The notes below the pieces were generated by a model. That model saw nothing but the letters and a program-made list of their open reading frames with translations, had not been told where the DNA came from and did not search any database. Shown here in pieces: positions 39,101-51,751 of a DNA stretch of 64,000 bases. The position numbers and the translations under genes were made by a program. Source of the DNA: Pocillopora damicornis (lineage: Eukaryota); NCBI RefSeq assembly GCF_003704095.1, contig NW_020846775.1, forward strand, positions 372,001 to 436,000. The letters are read 5' to 3'. Numbering within the stretch: position 1 is the first letter of the stretch; each line of letters starts with the position of its first letter.

Positions 39101-41564
39101 TATTATGCAATCAGTTATTATCTTACCAACCAAAAACAAACTTCATCAGTATGCCTTACTTACAAAGTTTGAAGTCTTGAACAATTTCTGAATGCTCCGA
39201 AGGCCAGTTCTTCGATACGATTGTTCTGCAAATACCTGGTGGGGAAAAAAGACGGTAATACGCAGGGCGAAAAAGTTTGAGTGGATCACTCAAATCTAGG
39301 CCCATTATTCGAGTCACAGGTCACACCGGTCCGATCATTTTCTAACTAACACCTGAGGGGTAAGCTGTTTTGTGTATCACTTTATGCGCATAATATCGAA
39401 CGTTCATTCTATTACAAGAAAAACGTTTTTAAAAAGTGTCGCCTTCCTTTTTCATATGAGTTACCTAATAGAAAAAACCAGTGCACCCAAGAAACCTCTT
39501 ATTTATGTACAATAATTCATGTACAATGATTTATGTACAATGATTTATCTACTATGATTCGTAATCTTCAGACAACTTACAAAGTTTGAAGAGAAGGAAG
39601 ATATCCCAAGGAAGTTGTTGCAATCTTTTTTATTCGATTCCCTTCGAGATGCCTGAGTAGAAATCAATTAACAGGAAAATTAGATCAACTTCGAAACTTG
39701 ATGATTGTGAAAAAAGTTATCGACCTTCTCTGTCCATTGTCCAGTTTTTAAGTGCGTCGCCCAATGAAAGACAAATGAGATCTTGGCGCGATCTCGCCGT
39801 GGTCGCTCGGCTGAACCTTGGCAAGAAGTTGGGGGAATCACGGAGCAATCAATGCGCGCACGAGATTGTCAAGCTAAACTTTGTTTATCACAATCATCAT
39901 ATGTCTAGAATGCATATATCTTGGCGCGATCTCGCCAAGAACGTTTAAGATGTTTGCAGAATCATGGCGCGATCTAACAGCGGGTGAGCGTTGCGTTACA
40001 AGATGTTTGCAAGACGTCACGCAATGCTTACCCAGAGTTGTGCGCGTTGCGTAATAACATGAGAACGAGCTTAATCACCCACAGACACTTACAAGATCCT
40101 TAGATAGATCATTCCGGAGAAGTGCCATCCTTCCAGCTTGGATATTCTGTTGTTCTGTAGTAGCCTGGTGTATGTCAGAAAATAGAATATAGCTGCTTAA
40201 TTTAGAAACCGTTCAGCCTTGTTCTTACGACAGTGCTAATGAACACTATTTGTTTCGTGACAGTCCCTAAATTGGATGAGGTTGTTACATGAAATCTCCA
40301 AAATAGCTTCAAATTATAACGAGCCTTGTCAGCCAGAGTCCACGCACACGCCTGAGCTCTTTGTGTTATCTTAACATGGTTTGTACAAATTCTTCATAAT
40401 CGTTCGCTAAGTGCTGCCTTTTTTTTTTTTTAAGAGTACTGGTTATGTTATAAATTTTTTAGGGGAAACATGTCTCGACCTTTTGACGATACCAAACAAT
40501 TGCGAAGGAGAACTACTAACAGTGCAGCATCCTACCAAAATCAGCGTGAAGCTGGCGGTTTTATTTTTATCTCGTAACAAAACAAATTGCTGCAAGTTTG
40601 TTTAATTTTTATCATACCAGAGACTTAACGGGAAATTGATACTTTGGTTTTTCAGGATGTGGGTTGTTTCCTTTGATAGGGATGAATGTAGAAAGAAAGT
40701 GCTTTACTTTGATGATATCCCTTATCCCACACAACAAATTGCCAATCGATAGCGACTGATCAACCGTCTTGATTAAAATCTTGTACTCCTTTCTCTCGAT
40801 CTTTTCCAATCTAACCTCGAGATGTTTCCATTCTTGATAAACATCGATTTTACACTGCATGGTAGATGGCTTTGTATTTGAATTCCAGTCTCGACGAAAT
40901 TGAGTCCGAACAATCAATAAAGTTGGAAACTTCGCGAACAAAATTGACGCTAAAGATTTTGTAATTGGATTGGCTAATGATCGATTTGCTAATTGTCTTA
41001 ATTCGCAACGTCTGAACTGCTGTCATCATGTTTTGTTATTTTCCTTTGATAGCCAGAGAGAACAGCATTACAAAGGAACCTTTTGTCATGTAATAATTTA
41101 TTGTTTCTAAATATACACGAATCCTTTTGTTTGTTAATAGATCTCTTCATCGATGATATTCATTTAGACTCCTTATACACGCAGCTGCACTCGTGACAAC
41201 AGATTGAGTAATTAACTAATTGATCAAACTCTGTTTACCTGATTACTCAATCATGCAAACTAATTAAGGCATCCATTTTGCGAACGTGCTCTGATATTTC
41301 GCCTTTTTACGTAAACCTTTCATGACGAACACTGCAGTACAGAAACATTGACGCATTTACTTACAATGTCGTAGTGACATGTGGAAGGGGCCGAGGAAAC
41401 TTCTTCAGTCTTCTCCCTGAGCAGTTCACTTTCACTCCATAGCCTTGCGTTTCGGGAAAAAATTGTTCCTCGCAGAAGCACTGCTTTGGACATGATGTTA
41501 TAACCTGACTCAGGCCTATGCCACAGAAAACGACGACGACAAACACAATTATTAGGGAATTCAT
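30114..41564 (-). CDS. Secreted LRR-Ig protein: signal peptide, LRRNT, 13 single-LRR 72-nt exons, LRRCT, 2 Ig, EGF, Ser-Gly/acidic tail; no TM helix
   Basis: Exon 1 (41564-41365) reads MNSLIIVFVVVVFCGIGLSQVITSCPKQCFC...VNCSGRRLKKFP. The 72-nt phase-2 exons lie near 40093, 39580, 39165, 38789, 38299, 37607, 37290, 36802, 36443, 35743, 35199, 34629 and 33883. These are followed by LHCDCNARWL (LRRCT), two Ig exons (DLGEYVCVAQN; DEGKFTCAAEN), an EGF exon at ~31364-31256 (CARGCRGGGVCTAVKYDCICTQGSHKEGDKC), a GSGSG exon at ~30767-30412 and a last exon ending KAPPL*. Confidence 0.85.
35935..36175. repeat. Probable interspersed repeat in an LRR gene intron
   Basis: gattgg/ccaa-rich element ending ...tttggtttggttttatgacactcaatcgaaaagagctct. 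Recognised from pattern only; it is single-copy in this window. Confidence 0.4.
37027..37220 (+). mobile_element. ~200-bp TTAA MITE family copy
   Basis: High similarity to 23107-23311 and 44019-44241. Confidence 0.75.
39501..39560. repeat. 14-bp minisatellite (atttatgtacaatg) x4
   Basis: Read directly. Confidence 0.75.
39780..39987. repeat. Intronic element with three copies of atc(t/a)tggcgcgatct
   Basis: Copies at 39780, 39917 and 39961. Confidence 0.6.
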
Positions 41565-44018
41565 AGCCTCGATAATTTCCTGTCTAATCCTCGGCACAGC
41601 GCTCTCGAGATAACAATGAAGATCTGTACCAATTTATCCCGTGGAAATCGGTTCTGTTTCAATTCTGCCCAGTGTAGCGTCGCCCCAAAGCTGTGACGGA
41701 CTTTAGAAAACAAAGATGTCATTCATTTACTCAAATGGTTATGATTTATTTTCCAGCGTTTGCCTGCTGGGGATTCTTAACCCTTTGCTTCCCTAACACA
41801 TGATAAGCGGAGATCGTGTTTCACTTATTGACAGCATGACAATGGACGAAAAACGGTTACAAGAAAAAAGCTCCTTAAAAAACAAGGGGAAAAAACAGAT
41901 AAGAAAGAGATAACGATGAAAAAAAGAATTTTCACCAGTTTTCTGAAGAAGTGCTCTCACTGCATAGAATGTACAGCTCCTAAAAACCAGTCTTTATGGA
42001 TGTCAGGAAACTAAGTTATGTTCGTTTCGAGCGTTCAAATTCTTTAAAAATGTCCTGTTTAAATTAACCTAAGAGGCGTCTCTTGCGGTCAGGGTTGAAA
42101 TGCGATTTTCTGCGTATACGCACAACAAACCTGGAACGAGGTATGTCTTCTTGTCAATAATTCCACTTTTCGCGTTTTCTTTTATTTCTTCTCTGTGTTT
42201 CTTGTTATTAGTTTTTTTTTACCTGACATGTAACCCAGTCTTGATCCCTATTTCCCCCCAATCATTTTCTTGATCACGTCATAGCAATCTGATCTTACTA
42301 CCAAATAAATACCTTCCAAGGGCACTCCCATCTATGGGAGCCTAGTCGTCGTCATATTTTATAACACAACGGTTTCTGCATTTGTAAATGTCACGCAAAG
42401 GGCGTAGAATGATCTTAGGTACCATGTTTAGCTGGTGTATTCAAGCTGAATAAATATTAACTCCTCGCAACAGCCCATTGAAGTTTACTTACATTCCGGT
42501 TGCTCCGGGGTGAATTACTTGGGTCACTTTTTGTTGTGTATGTGCCTTGGTCTTTCAGCACTCCTGACCTTTTACAGTCCATTCAACGGCCAATTTATAC
42601 CCCATCATAATCAATTTTGGCTTTGGGAAAATTTCATTTTTGGCGATGCATCTACCTTGTAGAGCCTTCTAAGTAGGTCATCTTTAAATTCATTGACACA
42701 TTTCTTAAACTGAATGCAGAACACTTCACTTTCCAGGNNNNNNNNNNNNNNNNNNNNNNNNNNNNNNNNNNNNNNNNNNNNNNNNNNNNNNNNNNNNNNN
42801 NNNNNNNNNNNNNNNNNNNNNNNNNNNNNNNNNNNNNNNNNNNNNNNNNNNNNNNNNNNNNNNNNNNNNNNNNNNNNNNNNNNNNNNNNNNNNNNNNNNN
42901 NNNNNNNNNNNNNNNNNNNNNNNNNNNNNNNNNNNNNNNNNNNNNNNNNNNNNNNNNNNNNNNNNNNNNNNNNNNNNNNNNNNNNAAAAATCGAATATGA
43001 CATGTGTCATACATATTTGCGGGCACGTGAGTATGGCGGCCGTTATTACGGCCAAAGAAGACTTCTAAATCGACTCATAAATTCTGCTCTTTTCAAAGGT
43101 TTATTCATTAAATAAAAAAATAAAAAAAGTTTTCTTTCTTCGTGATGAGTGTTGGAGCTTAATTAGGGCTTGCCTCAGTCTCTATGGCTCCTCCACACTT
43201 GTTGCTCAACTGACCGTCTTGGATGAAGAAAGTCATGTCTAACTACTTGTAGCACAGCCCTGAGCACAAAGCTGACTAAAGACATCGTGAGGAAGACTCG
43301 GCATTTTCAGTCTGTTTTGCATCGATTAAGTCTTACGGATATTTAGATGTTTCTTCGATGAACTGTTGGTGGAATAATGACCATGGTCTATTACCTTCCA
43401 CGAAGAATTGGTGAGATTCGAACAATAATGAGCTGTTTTCATTTCGGTATACCTGGGGCGATGTAACTAACCATTTGGACGTACATGTTGTTTTTTTTTT
43501 TACTCGTCTTGTTACGGCCTGGAATATGGAGCACGTAAGTTTAAGATCAAACGTGCTAATCATCCGTTCGTTTTTTTTTTTTTTTATTCTAACCCTTCAG
43601 TACGTTCCACTGCATTTTAGAAGGCGATTTGGTGTTCAAACTGAATCTCGATCCTAACGTTTTCGACGACATTTCAACTTTTCATTCTCATTGTTCTCGA
43701 TTGTGCCATCTTTCTTTGTCTTCCCAGTCAAGAAATCCATTGATTCTTAAACGCACCAATGACCCTGTGTCTACTAAACTCGCGTTCCGTCGGAAACAGG
43801 TCCGCGGCCATCTTTGATTGAATCTGCTAATGCAAAACTGATTTAGTAGCTGATACAGAGACTTGGCTAATTTTGTTTGAAGCAGTTTAGGTTCTATCTC
43901 AATTTTAGAGGCTAAAATACTCCACAATGGAACTCTCCATGCGATTATATTAATTAATTCATAGGTAGTAGCAGAGCTGTGCCTGTATGATTCTACCTTT
44001 TCTTGGCTGCAAACCTGT

Positions 44019-44241
44019 TTTAACCCTTAAAACCGTAGGAGTGACCAGCGTCTAATTTCTCCTTACAGTAATCACTTTTAAATCTTTAATAAAGATCATG
44101 GTAATTCATGGTAATAATAAAGGAAATGATTACCAACCTTAGAAACTTTGATTGTTAAACAAATTCTCCTGGTCATTACCAAGGGAAATGTATAGAGAAG
44201 AGTATAGAGAATATGGATACTGATCTTAGGGTTTAAAGGGC
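44019..44241 (+). mobile_element. ~200-bp TTAA MITE family copy
   Basis: ttaaccctt...tttaaagggctaa ends with the shared core. Confidence 0.75.
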
Positions 44242-44962
44242 TAAGACCATCAAGCAACACCTTGGCAACATCATGTGACTGACGAAATTCCCTTCTACAC
44301 CAGACGCACATGTCACTCAGGGGTAAAAATTGATATGATACCTCTGCTTATGTTTCAATTTAATATAAATTCCACTCACACTATTCATGCTTCCTGCTGC
44401 AATTCTCCTCAGACATACACTCCATGCTGACGCACAAGGACTACTAGACGGGATACTATTTTATAATTTACTTTCCTTAAAAGTTGTCATCGGATAGCAA
44501 AACATTTGCTACCAAAAAACGTGCTGGGGCTCGTCTCAGTTTCGACACATGAAGCAACGAGGCCACGATACGAAAAAAAGGCCCTTTAGGAAGGTAGGTC
44601 CCCCAGCACTCTGTCATGTTGCTGCGCCTCGCGTTTCCCTTTTTTTTGTTCTTATCACATTTTTGACGTCATCTCTGTGATCTATTCTTGGACAGACGCG
44701 CGGAAATATAGAATCTTTTTGTTAATGATACAAAATCGAGCAATGACGTTCATAGCTCAAGGTACTAAATACTTTAATTCCCTTGGCGCCGGCCGGCTAA
44801 ATTCTAAGAACTATGCAAAGAAGATCATAATAATCCGATCATACTAAAAGCTTACTTGGCAAACTAGAAATAACGGGAAGCATAAATATTAATATACTGA
44901 ATCGATATGTACGTTAGGTAGTTCTTTACGTTTATTCCTACGTCTGAAAGTTGATCTAAATT

Positions 44963-45364
44963 TATGCGCTGATCAATTCGAAGCTTCAGAGTTCCTCCCG
45001 GTCTGACTTACGGGCATTTGACTGTTGTTTGTGCCCCAGGGTTAAGGAATTTGAATCAGCGCAATACACAAATTTTAATTTTAAGTAGGAAGGAGTTAAA
45101 AAGAAGAGTCCGCTTTCGTGAGAAAATGGCTTCCAAGAAGATTTTCACATAGTAAACAGCGGCATCAAAAACTAATACACGATTTCGCTAAATTCTACAA
45201 CATTCGTTGATCGCACAAAAATTGTGCTTGAGCGGGCATTTGAATGGAATTTTTACCCGGGGGAGGAAGGGAATCTGATTTAACCAATCTTCAAAACTTC
45301 AAATGCCCGGGCGGTTCCCCGTGGGGAAATCGTTGAAGCTTCGAATTGATAGAATGATCGCATA
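44963..45364. mobile_element. ~400-bp MITE with long imperfect TIRs
   Basis: tatgcg.tgatcaattcgaagcttca...cgggcatttga is inverted with tcaaatgcccg...tgaagcttcgaattgat...cgcata. A degenerate relative lies at ~10822-11250. Confidence 0.7.
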
Positions 45365-48164
45365 ACTACGGCCTTCTTCTTGATAAAAAATTCCCCATTT
45401 TATAATGTACAAAGGTATATATAGGTATATATAGGAAAAACAAGCGTTAAAGGAAATGTTTTCATTTTTGCCCTTCCTGTGACTCAGGGTTGTTACCGTT
45501 GCCATAACACTAAATTAATTACTGTTTTAATTCGATTTAAATATCTAATCTAAATGGGAAATTCACTCGTAAAGGTACCCACAGTGTACTGGCCGATTTC
45601 ATTTCACATGAGCTAGGCATATTCGGTAACACAACACGCTTAACCTAATCGCATGCGTACGAACATAATTAAACGATGAAAAGTGCAGTTATCAGATATT
45701 CACGACTGTTTACATCATATGCGATGGGAAGATTTTAATTAAAAAGTAACATGTATGGCAGTTATCCATTTATGTGCCTGAATGGAAGGCAGTTTTATTG
45801 TTCAGCTCATTACACCTTATTTGAAGGTTTTTAGACTGGGGATGAGGAACTAAATCCTTCAAAAGATTTGGCTGAGGGCCAAGACAAGAAGAACCCTAAT
45901 TGCTGACACGTAAATGATGCTTCTAGGAACTTCAGTTGATACTTGACCTCGAGGCCTAAAACTTACGTACTGAGGAAAGTTCTTCTTTCGCCTGGCGAGC
46001 GAACAGGAAGGGAAGAGAGAAAAATTTTGAAAACGACGGGGTGATTATTGGGAGTGGAGTAAGATTTTCTCCCTTTGTTCTTAAGTTGTAACAAGCTCCA
46101 ATGGTTCATGTTCTTATTAAATAACAACAGAACTCTTGCTGGCGTCCGCTTTAAACAGTTCCACAAAATTGTTTCATGGTAGTTTAATGTCAAAATCCAC
46201 AAAGTTAAGAACGGAGCGAGTAATCGGAAACCTTAGGAATTTTCCCCTTTCAGGTAAATGAAATAACATCAGCTTATTTCTCCGAATAAACGCTTTAAAG
46301 ATGAAGACGATACGTCAATTTAAACTTAAATCGGATGAAACGAAACTTGATTTTCTCCTTTAAAGTATTCAGCTCAATATAGGTTTCACTCAACAAATCA
46401 GTCTAATTTTAATTTGGGATCCGCTTGGTAGAGATGTCTAAGGCACGACTGGACAGGTTATTCTTGCAGTAAATAAGAGGATGAAAACTTGAAACTTGGG
46501 CTAATGTTTGCTCGACATGAAGTCTTTTATTTACATGTTTTACTACATGCCCCGTAAAACTGTGCACAAATCTTTTTGATAGCTCGTTTGTCATTTCCGA
46601 CACCGGCTGTGGCCACAAATTTAGTTGGAGTACCCGCCTCCCCACGTCTGGAAACTGTTAGTGCGAGTATCGTCCACATTATCGAATGAAGTGTGTTTTG
46701 AAAGATTCCGATGAAAAATGTATCGAACAATGGTTGTAGTAGATGAGTTAAGCAGATGGTCCCACGGTCTAGCAAGGATCTGATGAGAGTTGAAGAAATC
46801 TTTTTTTTTTTACTCGGAATTCAACCACTAACGATTAGATCCAGTTAACCCAAGGTAAAAATGAACGCCTTGAAACAATTACTCTGATTGAAGGAGACTG
46901 AACTTTTGTAGATAAATTTAACACATTTCTATTCCTTTATCCTTGCTGAGTTCCTCGGGGAATACCTAAGAGGAATCCTAAGCGATTTAGTGGTGAAAGA
47001 TTTAAATGCCATTTTTAATTGATAGATAAAACCGAAGGAAGTTGGCACTTGGTCACGGTATTTAAACAATAGAAATTTTTATTATTTGACCTTTTTCAGT
47101 ACATGTTTTATCCCGTGGTGAATTGCCTGAAGGAGGAAATTTTTTAAGGCTACTAACATGAGTGAAATGTTTTTTGCAGCGAGCTCTGAGTAGCAGTGCG
47201 CACGTCTTTAAAGTCCGTCTGACAAGTATTAGTACTTCTCGATTTATCGGTTAGCACTGAAGTCTGTTTTCATTGATATTTTTAGAATTACCTCAAAATA
47301 AACCTGTTATCTCTGGATAGACTAATTCACAGTCTGACATCGACCAATGAGCGTGCGTGGCCCCAGAGAGACGTGATCAAAATATCCGCCATACTGAGGA
47401 ATTACTCCGTTACTATCTCAGAAACGTTCAAGAGTTTTTTTCCCGGAACGGCTGAAGCGTAGGTTCTGCTTAGTTAGTGAGGTGATGAGTAGGAAACAAT
47501 AGATTGAATTTCCTTTCATGCTTCTGACCTCGGTATCGTCCAATTGGATGTAAATCTCGACCCTTCACACGCTTCAGCACAGCGGGATGTGATGTAAAAA
47601 TGACGTCGCTCACTCTATGAATCGTTTTGAAGGATCATAGAAGGCTCAGTTGTTGAGGAAAATCTGTTATGACTGAAACGCTCTCACAAAGGGAAATTTA
47701 GTGAGTAGTCAATCTCTTTCTCCTGATTATTCTAGTAGCTTGTGTTCGATTTAGCTAACAAGTAACTGGTACACCGTTGGTAGCGTTGTTATTTCCGTTA
47801 TTTCAAGTCATAAGCATGAAATTTTTTTCTAGCTGCGCCGTTTCTAAGTCTGTTTGGCGTTTGGCGTTTTTCACCGCGTGCCACATAAAGTTCCAACAAT
47901 AATCAGTAATGTCTGCGAAGATTTTCTTCGGCATCATAAAAAGATCACCCTTTGTTTTGTCTTTGTCAGCACTGGAGCACGCGAGAAAACATCAGAAATC
48001 TTTTATCTCTTTTAACGCACACTTATTTCACTTAATGATGCATTCAATGATCTTTCGCTTTGCTTCACACAAAGATATGGTAGAATTTGCAGTCAAATCC
48101 CCTATTAGGCGAAAAGGCAATCCAGATAGCGTCTTTAACGATTCTTTCGCGCGTATTCAGAATC

Positions 48165-48432
48165 TGCCCATCTTCTCAGTGACGTTGTTGGTTCAGTAAA
48201 CATAGTAAATTACATTAACAAGCAATTGAGTTCCTGTATGGCAAAGAGGAACTTAGAACAAGAGCTTGGTTTTAGCATGATCAAAACTTGAGTCATTCTA
48301 AGCATGCCCTTCTTCTCAGTGCCGTTATTGGTTCAGTAAACATACCAAATTACGTTAACAGGCACTTGAGTTCCTGTAGGGCAAAGAGGAACTTAAAACT
48401 GGAGCCCGGTTTCAGCAAGATTAGAACTTGAA
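48165..48432. repeat. Tandem ~140-bp duplication with a hairpin; third diverged copy at ~50401-50530
   Basis: Both units contain ttggttcagtaaacata...gagttcctgta.ggcaaagaggaactta. Confidence 0.8.
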
Positions 48433-48885
48433 CTATAATTTCCTCAATATCTAATTTCATATTTTCCTGCTTTTACCATCGCCCGATATCAAAGTTGAAG
48501 GCAATAAAAAGTAGAGGACTAAGATTTTTCCCTGCTCCTAGGACTATACCTTGATTGTGCAATTAATAAAATGCATTGCATAATGGTCCAGCCGAACAAC
48601 AGAAGGGAAAAAAAAAGGAAACACTTATAACCAAAGTTCAGCTCGCCAAAGAACTGAACGATCCAGCGTATCTGCACCGATATTTGTCGATTCAACTGAA
48701 TCAGTAAAGGTCCTTATCATCATATCATCAGGTTTAAGATTTCATTAGCTTTATTTCAACACTAAGGGTCAACATTTAATTGAATTTGCTGCAGATTTGG
48801 TTCATCGATTCATCTCCCCTGCAACTGTTTGCAGCTCGCCCCTCAAATCTCTCAAGAACATTTACACCACAAGCTATATTAAAAA

Positions 48886-51720
48886 ATGGTCAAGTTGGTA
48901 GTTTTGGTGACGGCGGTAGCTCTGAGTATCTGCTTCTTTCTCCAAACTTCAGGTATGTAACTTTAACGTAATTAATAAATCTGGGTCGTCTCAATTTCGC
49001 CTTGAGCAAGGTATTTTCCGGGGGGGTTTAGACGACAGTCCTGTATCGGACGGTGTACATAATGACCTTTTCCGACGGACGGTTGAAACGATGAAAATTC
49101 TTCCTTTCATCTATGTGTGACTTGCACTTCGCGCTCGCCTGGCGCTTGCCTCTGTTTGCCTGAAAAACGCAAAAAATAATACCGGTTCTGGAGGGCCGAT
49201 ATTAGAGTAAAGATTGCTTTCACCAACCTCAATAGGATCTCATTCTGTCGTCGCGTTCCGACACCTTCCCTTTGCTCTCAATTCTGAGAATTATAACTGG
49301 TTTCCTATTATCACATCAGACTTATTGCAGGGTTTGTGGTCCCTAAGTTTTTTTCTTCGTCCTAAAATGGATTGCACACTGATTTTTTTCAAACTGTCAC
49401 CCACTCTCCCGTATCAAGATTTAGGCCAAATAGCCCCCCCCCCTCCTCATTCGCAGAAAGTTTCATATTCTGTCTTCTTTTCATGAGCTCGAAGCTTTCT
49501 TCAAACGACAAACGTTTTTCATTAAGCAGATAAATCTATTTCGCTCGCTCATTTAGCTATATAAAATATCCTTCTCGTAAGGAAGAAAAGATGATCTGGG
49601 ACTTAAACAATTATAAAGTCCAGAAATGGACCGATTCGTGGCCGCTAGCCAATTGTATTATTCTGCCAGAAAGATTCCCTGGTATCAAATTCATCCCAAG
49701 CAACCGGCAAGGTTCCAGAAAAACTTGAACTCCTTTTTCAGTAATTTTCTACTCATCAGGGATCACTGTACCTGACAGGGACTGGATCCTTTTGCGAGAG
49801 TCATCAGTTAGTATTTTTAATTGGGGCATTTCGTAGCTAAAACAAACTTAATGGAAACCTGCTTTGCCTCATGATCATAGTACATTGAACTGCTTATTTT
49901 TACCGCGGAACACGAAGCATATTTTTGGCTTTTCCTAATGCACCGTGCATGTAACTACTTGTCATCGACTACCAAATCGGAAAATTGAAGGTGAACGCTG
50001 ACGTATCACATCAAAACTTGTGTAGCCATGAAACAAACCGGAACGATTTAACTCAGGAATTGAGGTCTCGACCTTAAAGTTACAATGCCAATGGCTTGTC
50101 CTTCTTGAGGATCTAAGGAATCTCGTTTTTCGTCTTTGCAATTATTGTTTTTATTATTGATTCAATCCACTTCGTTGCTGTTTTTCCACAGTAATTTGTG
50201 TGTCAACATAATGATTCCATTCATTCTTGGCCAATTCTCTCGGACTCTAAATGCCTCGTGACATATCTCCTTCGACCATGTCACCAATAAATGAAAACTG
50301 TGTTGAAAATTTTAAATCAATTTCTGGACGAATTAAGAAGCAAAGCATCTATTTTAACATATTTTTAGTTTCAACGTTTCTTGCCAAAAATATTGAATGT
50401 CTGCTGTCTTCTCTCTTGCCATTGTTGATTCAGCAAACACAGTGATAAGTTCCTGTATTGCAAAGAGGAACTTATAAGTCCTTAAAAGACTTAACGCCAG
50501 AGGCACGTTTCAGCAAAAACATAACTTGTGCTTTTATTACATTTCCTTGTATTAAATTGCTCTTTCCCTTTGCTATTATACAGTCACCCGGTTAAAAAAG
50601 ACCAATGAAATTAAAAACACAAGCGGTTACTTTACAGCCGCAACCACGGCCTCAAAAGCTGAGGAAGTGAACAAAAAAGCAATTGATTAAAGTAGGAATG
50701 CCATGGATGGTTAAATTTAGGAATTCAGGTTAAGCCAGTGCCTGTTTGACCTAAAATCATTAAGATGATTAATTTTGTAATCCGCGGAAATCTTGACAAT
50801 GCCTGACGACCTTATCAAAATATTTTTAATGCTTGTAGATCTCTTGAAAAGGTATACAAAGGCTTTAAAATTTAGTTGGGACACTTAACATTAACTATGA
50901 CGGGCTAAAACTGCAGTTAACATTGAAAATTGCTGCAAGATAATACAATTTTTCATTCGCTCATAGTTATTTTTAAATTTCAAACGTAATCTTTGGATGA
51001 TTGATCTCAGCTCACTTATAGTTAATCGAGATTGCAGGCATATTACTCTTACCATTAAAAGCTCTATAGCTATCAGAGATCTTTGGAGACAAATAAAATT
51101 CTTTAGGGGGAAGACGATGGATAGGCCAGAGTATGGGTGGGAGGGAAGGGAGCCTTCTCGACACTCCTCCCCAAGCTCCTACCTGCAAGGTTTTTGCCAC
51201 GTTTTGATGTTTTCTGTGATCTATCACTTTACAGACCCACGGCAACATGGAATCGATTTGTTTTATATGAGAAAGAAGCAAAAAAAAGTGTTAATCATGA
51301 CGTCATCTATGCGTCTTTCTTCCTATAAGTCACTAAAAATGCGCGGGTAACTCAGCTAATCATACAAATTCAAATTAAACATGGTGGCTCGAAAAAAGAT
51401 GGCGAAATACTTTTTTCTAAATTCGCGCTCTTTTGTTTTAAAATGCACCAAGGGCAGAAGAAACGTTTTGTGTCTCTCGAGTTCATTACCCACTTTTCAA
51501 GCAGAGACTCTAAGCAAAAAAAGATAAACTTCCCCAAGACCCTCAAACAAATGAGCAGTTCCTTTAGTATCCTATATTCAGGTAATTTAGTGTAAACAAC
51601 TAGTTTGAAAACGTAAATTGGTCACCGTAAAGAGCAAAAAAGCTCACTTTCGAGCGTTAGCCCTTCGTCAACCTAGTTGTTAACACTAAATTACCTGCTA
51701 CACTCTCCTACCGACGTAGT

Positions 51721-51751
<31 letters not shown>

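Noticed and set aside
42611-43115. ORFs spanning N runs (also 17073-17264 and 60907-61293)
   Set aside because: These are artefacts of assembly gaps.
43100-48100. Short ORFs between the LRR and TSP1 genes
   Set aside because: No recognisable motifs or consistent exon chain; several overlap MITEs.
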